DNA of 63,469 bases, the filler included, from Parasitella parasitica NRRL 2501 (taxonomy: Eukaryota > Fungi > Mucoromycota): the NCBI GenBank assembly GCA_025201805.1. It is 5 parts of 5 records of this genome, joined end to end, with 100 filler letters (N's around TTAATTAATTAA, not from the genome) between each part and the next. Parts side by side here need not be neighbours in the genome. Positions count along the whole stretch, not along the records: positions 19,392 to 41,753 come from MU619241.1; positions 41,854 to 52,201 come from MU619492.1; positions 52,302 to 58,161 come from MU619475.1; 2 more parts are not named here. The stretch is one strand, 5' to 3'. The position numbers were made by a program, and so were the translations under genes. Positions 41,345 to 52,590 of this stretch are shown here, in pieces; positions within the stretch are counted from its first letter, which is position 1; every line of letters starts with the position of its first letter. Below the pieces are notes generated by a model. It saw only the letters and a program-made list of their open reading frames with translations, did not search any database and was not told the origin of the DNA.

Positions 41345-41950
41345 TCCAAAGAAACATCAACCAACAGGAATAAACCGTTTAAAACCAATACCGTTTGATA
41401 AATAAGACTTATCTGACCCCATTAAGCCGAGGACATGCCCGAGGACTCCTGCTTAAAAGTGTCCCGATGACAATAAATAACTCCTACAAATAAGGCTATT
41501 TAATTGGCCATGATCCATCTTTACTGTCCTGAGTGTGTTTGTTGTGAGTGTTTGTTTAATTTTTGGCATTTTGTGATTCAAAGTATACATTTCACATTCA
41601 AGCTATTAGATATAAGACAAACCTTTGAGTAAGACATCCTTGGCACATTTTTTTTACTGTAATACGCCGGTTTTGACTTAAAAACATACTCAAGTTCCAT
41701 CTTCGAATATAAATACTGCTGAATTACACATACAAGTTTAAATATATAGTACCNNNNNNNNNNNNNNNNNNNNNNNNNNNNNNNNNNNNNNNNNNNNTTA
41801 ATTAATTAANNNNNNNNNNNNNNNNNNNNNNNNNNNNNNNNNNNNNNNNNNNNATAAATAAGGAACATGATCCATTGGGATATGTTCCTGAATTGTGTTC
41901 AGGATTGAGTTTACTTGAGTTTGACTTCCGGTTGGGAAATTGACACATCA

Positions 41951-42029
41951 CCTACTCATGATTTACTGTCAGACCCTGGGACTGATCTGAGATCCTAATG
42001 TGAGACCTTGCCATGCTATTGATACAACA
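41951..42029 (-). repeat. Partial LTR, family A
   Basis: Reverse complement of the 5' part of the LTR at 52591 (TGTTGTATCAATAGCATGGCAAGGTCTCAC...). Confidence 0.7.
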
Positions 42030-44539
42030 CTCGTCACCAAAACCTTTACTCTCACATTGCTTTGCCTATTTCGTAGAAAGTGCGTGTGTCAAGGACGTGA
42101 TACTTGAATTATAATGTGTCGGTTTATTATAAAAGAGATGATAACCAGGATGTAGTAATGATACACAAGATAATACACAGTGAGAAAAAAGGAAAGGGAG
42201 CAAAATCATTATCTTTTTATACTTTTATCGAGACATGTGGGAATTACTAATCCATTGACACAGTCAAAACAAGAGTCTTGAAAGAAAAGAGAGGGTATTG
42301 GTTCTTAATTGCGTAATTAACATGAGTCATGGGAATGCGAGATGGCATTGGTCAATAGCTCTGGCGTGGTTAATGTGTTGACATGTGCAAGTAGCTGTTG
42401 TGTACATTTTTGGTTATACATCATTATATAGTAATTGATCGATCTTACTGCAAATTGCATATGTTTTGCATATGTCAATAATATTGATAATAAATAACCT
42501 TTTTCTCTCATAAACTTAAATTTACATTGTTTTACGTACATTCATCTCTAGTGTATATTTATTTATAATACAGAGGAGAACCAGTCCTTTTATACGAATT
42601 TATTATATTAGTGAATAGTATCCCTTTGTTTTTACAGTCGGCAAACGTACTATTGAATCGTCATATAGGAATACCCAATATATTTGGGTCACACTCGATC
42701 TGCATGATAAGTTATACTACTTGATCTACATAATGAGTTACAGCAAGACATGGTTCATGACAGCTGTGCTAAAGTGATAGAACTTCCCACAAAAAAGTAA
42801 TTAAATGTCGTCTCTTACGGAGCTACCCGTAGAGATTCCAAATCAAGCTAATAAACAGATTAACTAAATATTTAACCGTGAAACCACGAAGCATTTATAA
42901 TTGATTGAGAACCAACTAAAAGAAATCGAACCAAAAACCACATTTGGAAGGCATAGACCAATGTAAGGACTGATCCATGCTTGTCATTTACAAATATGTC
43001 AGAAACATTGATATTAGAATACCGTACTTGATTATGTAAAATGTGCAGCGAAACGCAGTAAAAAAAGTGTAAAAAAGCAAGATACGATTAAAATCCTTCT
43101 TTATTTTGAAAGTAGATTGAATGTGCAATAAGCTGTTATTTTACATCTCTATTTATATTATTTGGGTGTCGTCTTGCTAGCAGACAATTGTTTTGTTATT
43201 TCTTAACCGTTCCATTATTCTTTATATGTTGTTTTATGAATTCTAATCAGCCGTTCTGGCATAGTAGTATATTATCATACTACTTGGGTTGATTAGAGAT
43301 GGTCATTCATCAGGTCAATAGAATAATTCTATCGTGGCTATTCTAATCTTACGTGAGTGTGAATATTATTGAGTTGTTTATTGACGTTGTTGATCTAACG
43401 ATGGATCAAGGACGGCATTTGAAACATATAAATTCTTATTCATACGATTAGGAAGCTTTTATTGTTTGATGAATTGTTCCTTTTCAGGCTTTAGTTCGTG
43501 GCACAACATGCTATTTTGACATATGTCAATTTCTATCCCTGCTATATTTGTTTATCTTTGTAGTCATAGCTTCTATTGTTGGGAGGATGACAATATTTCA
43601 TGATGGGAATCTAGTCTTGTTCACTTCAGTGAGGATAAAGGTTTTAGTGATGAGATCCGGGAGATAGGGTAGATTGTATCTATCCCAAATGCCATGGCAT
43701 ATTATTTTATGATCTAATGTTTTACTCTTCAGTATGAGTTTATATTATATTGACATATGGTTTTAGAATTGATACATCACAGTGCACACTCTAGTTGCAC
43801 CACATGATGAAGAAAAATAAAATGCATTGCATCAATGCTGACAATAAAAATGATGCTTTTCTTTTCAAAATGTACATCCAATTTATCTTTGCGTTAAAAA
43901 ACATTGAAAGTTCCAGAATAATAAAGTTAACTGCCTATCCCACCCCCTACAATCGTAGAAAACAAAAAACAGAGAGGATTTATTCAGTCAACAAAAGATT
44001 TCAGTCATTATCAGAAAAAGTAAAACAATGGATATGATATATTGATGTGAAGGATTGTTTGTTCGATTGTATGCGTTTGTATCTGCTCAGATTAGAAGGT
44101 GTTTTTGCTGTGAAACAAAACGTCAAAAATCGCAAGAGCAAAGCGATTTGGAATAAGAAAAGTTGTTTTTAAAGCCTAATACAATTAATGTGATTTGATG
44201 CAGGATTTGAAGACTGACAAAAAACATTCAGCAAACATATGCAATATTATACTTATTATTTTTTGAGATGTCAAGCAACGAAAATTTGGGATGTGCGCAA
44301 GCTGCAATGGCAGCATCATATTTCTGAGCTTGAACTTACCACTGCGACTACAGCCCCTTAGCAGTGAAGCATCTATTTCAATTGAGGAGCAAAGCATAAA
44401 CTCCATAAACAATCTGGTTATGTCTTGATATGAATTAATAGCAAAAATGCTGTGAAATATGACCAGGAAAGCTATTAAGATGTAGCTATATGTTTTGGTT
44501 CAAATAAATGCCACCTAATCATGACCATCACCTTTTTCC

Positions 44540-46375
44540 CCGCTTAAAAGCATAATCTACAATCTCTAATATCTTTACAAACTATTAAGCAATAGAGACA
44601 CAATCTTGAGCCAAAAACTTCTTTTCTTGCAGCATTTTACAACATATCCGAGTTTTATGCACGTCTAGCCATTTTTCAAATTTTGCTATGTTTGGACCCC
44701 AAACCTCATATTCAATTTTCAGTTTTCAACTTTGGGTCGATCTTCAGGGTCATTTTTAGGTACGGATTTGAGGTCCAAACCAAGTATACAGGCTAATACT
44801 AGTATGATAACTGTACGTCACTACGTCTTCCGATTCTCGATATCTATCTTTGCTGTCAAGATATCCCCAAAACCAAATGCTGCAGATTTCCCAAATTTTA
44901 CAGCGTATGTTCCTATAACAAGTACCATATTTTGCAACTAAACCAAGTTCAAGTTTCTAAGTAAAATAATAAAGCGCGCTTTGGTATACCTACTGGTATT
45001 AAAAATATAGTGTTTAAGCTCGAATGCGACAAGCTTGGGCCAATTTTGTCTTTTTACGCTAAACTTTGTTCCCCTGTTTCTCAAAAACCCACTATGACAC
45101 TTGGGCTTAAGCGATTATTGAAATCTTTTTGAAACCTAATTCTCTACTAGATGTATTATTGTTTAGATAGATATATCGAAAAAAATATTTTTTCATATGT
45201 TTTTAGCCGAGGCTTGATTTATTTTCATAACTTTCAGAGCAATGATTGATATATAAAGAGACATGATATAGCAATGCAAAAATAGAGTTACAAAATAGCT
45301 ACCGAAAGGTTTTTGTTTGCTTAAAAAATACCAATTTCTGAGCGAAAAAATCTCGAAAATCGGAATCGATTTTTACCCTTTTGAATGGCTTCATTTTGGC
45401 CCTCTAGACCTAGGACCGGAAAATTGTACATTCATTTTGGTCGAGACAAGATTTTGATTTTTGGCAGAAGAAATAAAGCCACAGTTGTGAACAAAATATT
45501 GATGTGTAGACATTGACAAGAGGGTGTGTTTGATCAACTTTATAGAGCTGAATATGCTCAAAATATGATCGAATTTACTCAAAAACTATCAAAAAAGGCG
45601 CTTTTGGAATATTTGAGAATTGGTTATAAGAAAAAGTGTTTCTATATCCCTGTAATCTATATGGTTAGATGCAGAATTTATAAAATGTCATAAAACACTT
45701 AATAAGCATATCCGATATACCTATTGCGTTTATGAGATATCTAGCAATGAACCATGTGCAAAAAGCTCGAAATTTGGTTTGGGTCATATGGAGATACAGT
45801 GCTGAGATTCAATCTACGGCCTTTTTTTTCGCTGTAAATGAGTCCAACACCTATTTTCAATTGAAGAGCAAAAAGCATGACTCTAATAGGAACCTTGCGT
45901 ATGTCTCCATATGAATCGATAACTGAGATACTGCATAATACGGGCTAAAACCATTTTTGTATACCTTTATTTTTGGATGAAATAAATACCATCAAATCTG
46001 AAGTATTACTTCTTTTTCTGCTTAAAAGACTTAATTTGCAATTACTGATATCTTTACAAACTATTAAGCGATGAAAACATAAATTTCAGCCAAAATATCT
46101 CTCGTATAAACTATTCTACAACATATCCAATTCTCAAATATCTCTGACCATGATTCGGATTTTGGGATGTTTGGACCCCAAACCTCTTATTCAATTTTCA
46201 ACTTTGGGTAAACCTTCAGGGTATTTTTAGGTACAGATTTGGGTGCCAAGGAAGGTATACATCCTTATACTAGTACAACAGCTGTATCTCTACACCACGC
46301 TTTATATATTTCCGAATTCCAATATCTATTTTAGTTGTCGAGATACTGCCAAAACAAGATCTTGCTGATTTTGTA
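44540..46375. repeat. Diverged ~350-bp direct repeats at 1479-bp spacing with inverted sub-copies
   Basis: ATATCTTTACAAACTATTAAGC at 44569 and 46048; TGTTTGGACCCCAAACCTC at 44689 and 46168; 45609-45623 is the reverse complement of 46127-46141. Confidence 0.75.
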
Positions 46376-46792
46376 GCAAGTTATATGGATAATGGTTGAT
46401 CAAGCCTTACGTTTATAAAAGCCCTCCAGTTGTGTATTTGGAGCATTATTCAGAAAGTCTTTATCATTACGTTAAAATAACTCATTTGCACAACATTTAT
46501 AATGCTGTGCATTTTATAGTGGGAAAACGGTGAGATGATTTTCCGTAAAAAGAACCTATTCCAAATTATAAGGGAAAACGGGTGTTCTCTTAAAAGAGCT
46601 TATATATAATTACAATATAGTTGCTTTGTTAAACTCAAACTCAGGATCAACTCAATCTCTATCAATAGGGGAAGAAAGCGTTTGGTATGTAGTAGTTTAC
46701 CCGACTTTTAAAAAGGGTTCTTGTGATTACTGATATACTTTGTTGTTTTTCCTCCCTCCGATCAATGAACTGAGCAAAATGTTCAGTTAAAA

Positions 46793-47330
46793 TGTAAGGA
46801 CACTGCTAACAACCTAGAGAATACTGCACATCATCTATTAGCTGTAGAAGTATGTCATCCACAACTTTTGTTCATGCTATCAGGGATCTACGGCCTTATT
46901 AGATAATCAGGGACAGAGTACTAAGAGAAGATATGCAGAAGTTTATTTCAAATAAGGAGGCTATGATTTAATAAGGGAAAGGTGGAGAAAGATAAGAAGA
47001 TTGCTAGGGATATTTAATAAGGGAATTCGATGAGGAGATCTGACGAAGAAAACTCTTCTTTGCTGGTCAAAATAGCCTCTATTTATACTTTTTTGCGAGC
47101 TGTCTAGTTCACTAAAATGTGAACTAAACTATTTACCATAATGTGGATCAATAAGGTTAATATGATATCGTAAATCAATAAGTCAGTAGTATAATGTGGA
47201 TGAGTAAGGCAAGAACGACAGCGTGAATCCAAGAGGCAAGAATGCAATGTGGATCGATTAAGGAAGAACGAGGTGATAATATGTATTTTTAGATCATGTA
47301 TAATTGTTTTGGCTTGACAGGTTCATAACA
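46793..47330 (-). mobile_element. LTR, family D, truncating the DIRS RT
   Basis: TGTTATGAAC...TTACA termini on the minus strand, with TATAAATA and AATAAA on that strand. It cuts the RT frame right after KKDGGIRP. No TSD seen. Confidence 0.55.
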
Positions 47331-47945
47331 GGGCGTATACCCCCATCTTTCTTGGGGATAACGAACATGGAGCAGTAGAAGCCTGGTGTTTGTTGGGCCT
47401 CTTCTCTGGAGAAACCAATTCGATTAATATATTTCTTGTTTGTCTAAGTCATCTTGGATTGTCTGATCGGTCAAGGGCACTTGATCTTGAGATAATGTTT
47501 GAATGGATGTCGGGGCTATCGTTGTTGGTGGTGTGGTGTAAAATTAAATCTTGTAGCCGTGTTGTATTGTGGTGTCGACGAATGAGTTGATGGAATTTTT
47601 TGTCCAATTTGAATAGTACTTGTCGAGCCGATCTCCTACTGGGTCGGTGGTTGTTACTGGCGAAAGGGGTTGGTGTTCTTCTTGTTGTTGTAGTGGCTGC
47701 TGTTGTTATTGCTGTTTTTGGTGTGAAAGTTGTAGCTGTTGCTGTTGTTGTTGTTGGCGCTGAAGTTGCTGGTGTTGTTGTTGCTGAAACCATCCTGCTG
47801 AAAGGGTGGACCTGGCCGAAAAAACTGCTGACTAGGACTATTTGAGAAAGAGTTGGAGACAGTAGGATTGCCATTTTGAAAACGACAGTGCTGACGTTTG
47901 TTGATGGTTGCATCGCGAGTAACCTTACTACGTGCTGCCGTCTGC

Positions 47946-48711
47946 TGTGTGAAATACATTCGCTATGATGATCTCCATTCCACTTCTAGATTCATCCAGT
48001 TACCTTAAATTGGTATAGACTACATATGCACACAGATAATAAGATGTGCAATACAGATTTATACTATATAAGATATATAAGCTAGAGATGGCATCATTAG
48101 GATGGATGACGCTATAGACTTATACTTATATATATATCTCGACACGAGCCTTAGACACTTACTAAATCTAGTGTATGCTACTACGAGCTTATGCTATATA
48201 AGATTTATGCTTCAGATGAGTATTCCCAGCTACGCACTATAGGACATATACTTATATCCATGATACTAGCTACAGATAATATATTATGTACTACAGACTT
48301 GTACAATATGTGCAATGCTATATATATACTTATGACATGATGCTATAGACATGCTACATATATACCAATATATGCTAAGATGAATACCAAGTGATGATAT
48401 ACACACTCAGATATGTACTATTAAAATATAGACTGGATAAGACTATACAAGACATGACATAAGCTTATGGATCGATATCAATAATCTTCGCATAGAAGAT
48501 TGATCAGGGTACCTCGGGTAAAGTCTACCTCCTCACTCAAATAGATTTAAGTTATCTTGAGTCTGCTGATATGTTGGTTAGCACAAAGTTAAGATGCTGG
48601 TTACGTAGTATTGTCATACATGTTAAATTGCAAGAGTAGAACATTTATCCACGGTTTAAGTATATAAAGGTTCATCTACCTGGCCAGTAGATGAACTAGA
48701 GCTTTTACACA
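47946..48711 (+). mobile_element. Solo LTR, family C
   Basis: TGTGTGAAA...TTTTACACA inverted termini; imperfect TSD tctgc/cctgt; related copies at ~54823, 57668 and ~60393. Confidence 0.7.
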
Positions 48712-48770
48712 CCTGTCGACTTGATAATAAAAACCTATACCTTTATCAAGTTGACATTATTAGTTATAAT

Positions 48771-49143
48771 TGCGATAAAAAAATATAATAAAAAAAGCGG
48801 AAAGGATATAGAAATATAACTCTTCGATATTTATTCAAAGTTAAAAATGTAAGCCAAGATCCATCAAGTTGAAAGATCTTGGATGTATTTATATAAAATA
48901 TATTCTGTATATTTCATGTTACTATATTGCAGTAACTGGATTATCTCCAATTTAGGCTTCATGGGAAAGCAGTAACGATTGTGGTTCATAAGGAGCACAA
49001 AGGTGTACAATTACCTTTATATGTTGAATGTTAATGGTGATATTTGTCATGTTCAATGTTGTTCTCAAGGACACGGTTCTTAATAAAGAAATGTCTTACT
49101 AATTCAAATAAGATGTGTGAAAGACTGCCAGTAGTTCACATCA
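48771..49143 (-). mobile_element. Solo LTR, family B
   Basis: TG...CA termini, perfect 5-bp TSD ATAAT; near-identical to 53956-54326. Confidence 0.9.
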
Positions 49144-49511
49144 ATAATTTTTTTCGTGAATCCATACAACAACTTATACTGATTCCACAGGAATCAATGA
49201 TGGTCTAGCGTTCCCAATCCGAGAGAGGAGTCGTAGTGTGTAAGAGTGTGTCTAGATTCATCAATTCGGTTAAATATTCCGAAGGAGACCAGTCGTAATG
49301 GGGTCAAGTTCCCATAGAATAGAGTGGTAAAACATTAGCAGTGGCATCCGCTGACTGCATAGGTGTGGTAGTAGCATTACCACGCCTGTTCCTGGAGCGC
49401 AGCCAATCTGTTGCTGCGTCATGTGGATTTGTTCTTCGAGGGAGGACATTGAAACTTGGTTCGACGAAAAATTGTAGATTTGTCAATTTTGGTTTTTTGT
49501 ACTGAGCAGTG

Positions 49512-50253
49512 TGTTTAGAATGACAAAATATAGCCAGAAAAATACAATTAGAACTGAATATTGTTTAGAATAACAAAATATAGACAGAAAAATACAATTA
49601 GAACTGAATATATTTATTTTGCTATTCCAAGATTGAATAAAGATTTAAACTAGTGTATGTTTTGAAGGTATTTATAGTTATTTGACAGTGCCGCAGCAAT
49701 AGGACCATGATCTAGGATGAGGGATAATTGGGTACACCTTGAACCAATCCTTAGGAGCTTGGTGGATAAGAGTTTCCGAGTTACCAGTAAGACAAGAGCA
49801 TAAATACGTATAAAAGATAGAATGTTTTTCCTAGTAGCTTTGATGGAAGAACATTCATCAAGATTTAACACCGACCTCAGGAACCAAATGTCATAGGATA
49901 TCACCACTTTGTACTGGGATAAAGATCCGCCATTCGATGGCACCACTTATGTCTCTTTGCCATGTCTGAATAAAGTCATTCCATTCTACTACGCATTTCT
50001 ACTCATGCTCGCTTTATGATGTATTATACAGAGCATAATACATTACCGCTAAGATTTGATCTGTATCCTAAACAAATATATTTATTATTTTGCTATTCCA
50101 AGGTTGAATGAGGATTTAACTTGGTGCACACTTTGAAAGTATTTATAATTATTTGACAGCGCCACAGCAATAAGACCATGATCAAGGATGAGGGATAATT
50201 GGGTACGCCTTGAACCAATCCGTAAGGGGCTGGATAGATTAGAGTTTCCAAGT
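49512..50253 (-). mobile_element. Older family-E LTR containing a younger family-E solo LTR (49562-50074)
   Basis: The inner copy has TGTTTAG...CTAAACA termini and TSD AATAT. The outer copy resumes after the TSD; near-identical copy at 61781-62298. Confidence 0.88.
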
Positions 50254-50763
50254 TGTTATATTATCAACAACATGGCAAGGTCTCACATCAGGATCTCAGT
50301 GTTATGCGCAGAGGATATATAAATATGATCTACTCAAAAAAATGTATAACTTTATAGAAATAAAATCAGACACAAAAACTAATGACTTTATTGATAAGAA
50401 AATGCCATCTTTTTATACTAGATTATATCTATAGTAACACTATTTGTCATCATGGTTAAACATTGAACTTGGTATGTAATACCAAGTTTATTACATGTTC
50501 TACTGTACATTAATAGCTTATTCCTTGTCATTGTATACAAAGAATTACCAATCTAATAATTGCTTAATCTCATGCCTTTCTGGCACAACACTCAGATCAG
50601 TCCCAGGGTCTTACAGTAAATCATGGGTAGTCATGATTTACATTATGCAGCTAGACAGTAGAACCCTAGTGTAATGAATGTGTACATAATACATCGAGAG
50701 ATGTTTTATGAATAAAAGTGTAATTCTTTGGCAGATTTATTTTATCAGACTTTTGACATAACA
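50254..50763 (+). mobile_element. Family-A LTR interrupted by a family-F solo LTR (50300-50590)
   Basis: LTR A runs TGTTAT...ATAACA. The insert TGTTATGC...GCACAACA is flanked by a perfect TSD CTCAG. Confidence 0.88.
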
Positions 50764-51523
50764 AACACTTTAAATTGAAATAACTTTTCATCCAAGCAAC
50801 CAATTTCCAAAACATAAAAAGTATCAAATTCCACAACATCAAGTCTATCTTTTAATTAGCTTTGGCCCACCGGGTTATAGTTTCTCCCTTAGTTTTTTTA
50901 CTAAATATTGTTTACCGTATTGCATGCATTCACTGTTTACACAAAAATACGGTCACAAGCGTATTGAAAAATTGGCCATGCCTTTTTNNNNNNNNNNNNN
51001 NNNNNNNNNNNNNNNNNNNNNNNNNNNNNNCAATCCATACGTTTCCAATTTGCATTCATTATTGCTGGTATTATACGGTGTATCTCTTTGATTCTGGGTA
51101 AAGTCGATTTTTTCCCTTAAAAACAGTAAACACTACACACACGTTCTCAAAAACGCCCTAACTAACACTCTCATACGCGTTTTTTTTTTTAGTACCTAGT
51201 ACAAGAAAACAATAAACAAGCTGGTGTGTTTCTGGTGCAGTGGCTCATTCAGGTATTATCATTTATTATGTTTTTGCAAGAGCTTTTTTACTAACTGAAA
51301 AATCTTTTTTGTTCTACATTTGTAGGTTTGGTTCTCTGTTCATGTCAAGTGGATGGCCTATCATTGAAACTTGACATTAGCTCTTTATCCGGGTCATACA
51401 GGAACATGTAGGCTGTTTCTACTCATCGACTGTGCTTACCCTAACAGTTTTTGAGATGGGCCATTTTATCCGAAGCTGTGAAGTGTGGTAAGGCATTTTT
51501 CGGCTATTGAGGGGGGGTATTCA

Positions 51524-51800
51524 TTGAAATTCTACCAATTTCTATTTTTGGTCGAATTTCAAGTTCCGCCTAACATCAAAACAGGGGGAAACCCTGTTTT
51601 TTTGTTTTTAGGATTTAGGGATTGACTTAGCCAAATTAATCGCAATTTTATGCAAAAAATAAAAATAAAAAGAAAATTACACAGAACTAGAACATACAAA
51701 ATCTTCCTACTTTGTTTGAATATCGACAATCAGCATGTCTGTGCTTATATTAAAACTTAAAGCTGCTTGATAAGGAACATATAATGTAATTTTTAATCCA
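51524..51800 (+). repeat. Repeat G with two hairpins (second copy 52303-52590)
   Basis: TTGAAATTCTACCAA...TTGGTCGAATTTCAA and AAAACAGGG-GGAAA-CCCTGTTTT are present in both copies. Confidence 0.8.
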
Positions 51801-51979
51801 TTATTTATGTATTAATACTTTCATTTATCTCCCATCATCGTCCAATGTTACCATTTGCAATGGAATGGTAAAATAGCTAAAAGCGCATAACTGAGAAAAT
51901 AAGACTCAAATGTCACGCGTAGTCATTTCATGCCCTTCGAGTTCGCATAACTTATAAAGTCATATAAATCAAATCGAAC

Positions 51980-52120
51980 TGTTATGTCAAAAGTCTGATA
52001 AAATAAATCTGCCAAAGAATTACACTTTTATCCTCCATAATACATCTCTCGATGTATTATATACACATTCATTACACTAGGGTTCTACTGTCTAACTACA
52101 TAATGTAAATCATACCTACT
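51980..52120 (-). repeat. Partial LTR, family A (3' part)
   Basis: Reverse complement of roughly 52670-52806. Confidence 0.8.
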
Positions 52121-52590
52121 GATTTATCAGAATGAGAAATTATTCAAATAAAACGGTTGTTGATTTATCAGAATGAGAAATTATTCAAATAAAACGGTTG
52201 TNNNNNNNNNNNNNNNNNNNNNNNNNNNNNNNNNNNNNNNNNNNNTTAATTAATTAANNNNNNNNNNNNNNNNNNNNNNNNNNNNNNNNNNNNNNNNNNN
52301 NTTGAAATTCTACCAATTTCTATTCTTGGTCGAATTTCAAGCCCCGCCTAACATCAAAACAGGGGGAAACCCTGTTTTTTTGTTTTTAGGATTTTAGGGT
52401 TGACTTAGCCAAATTAATCCTGATTTTATGAGAAAAACAGAAATGAAAAAAAAAAAAAAAAATAAACAGAATTAAAAATACATAATCATCTTCCCACTTC
52501 ATTTTAGCATAGACAATCAGCATGCCAGTACTTACAAATTGAAACTTAGAGCTGGTTTACAACAAACATATAATGCTCTTTTGCTCCATT

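Larger units (their letters stand above)
47331..49511 (-). mobile_element. DIRS-like (tyrosine-recombinase) retrotransposon remnant, split by LTR insertions
   Basis: Gag-like YDWSPSEYL (~49290) and QQFFRPGPPFQQ...NPFRQ overlap an RT frame PVGDRL...W...IQHGYKI*F...PP and GFYCSMFVIPKKDGGIRP. Confidence 0.75.

Noticed and set aside
47030-47070. Hammerhead ribozyme core (CTGACGA...; also TCGATGAGTAGAAAC on the minus strand near 51415-51430)
   Set aside because: The required stem II-GAAA-stem III-UH arrangement cannot be built.
49650-49946. Conserved ~100-aa ORF, repeated at 61841-62170
   Set aside because: It lies wholly within LTR E and has a non-ATG start; the similarity reflects recent repeat copying.
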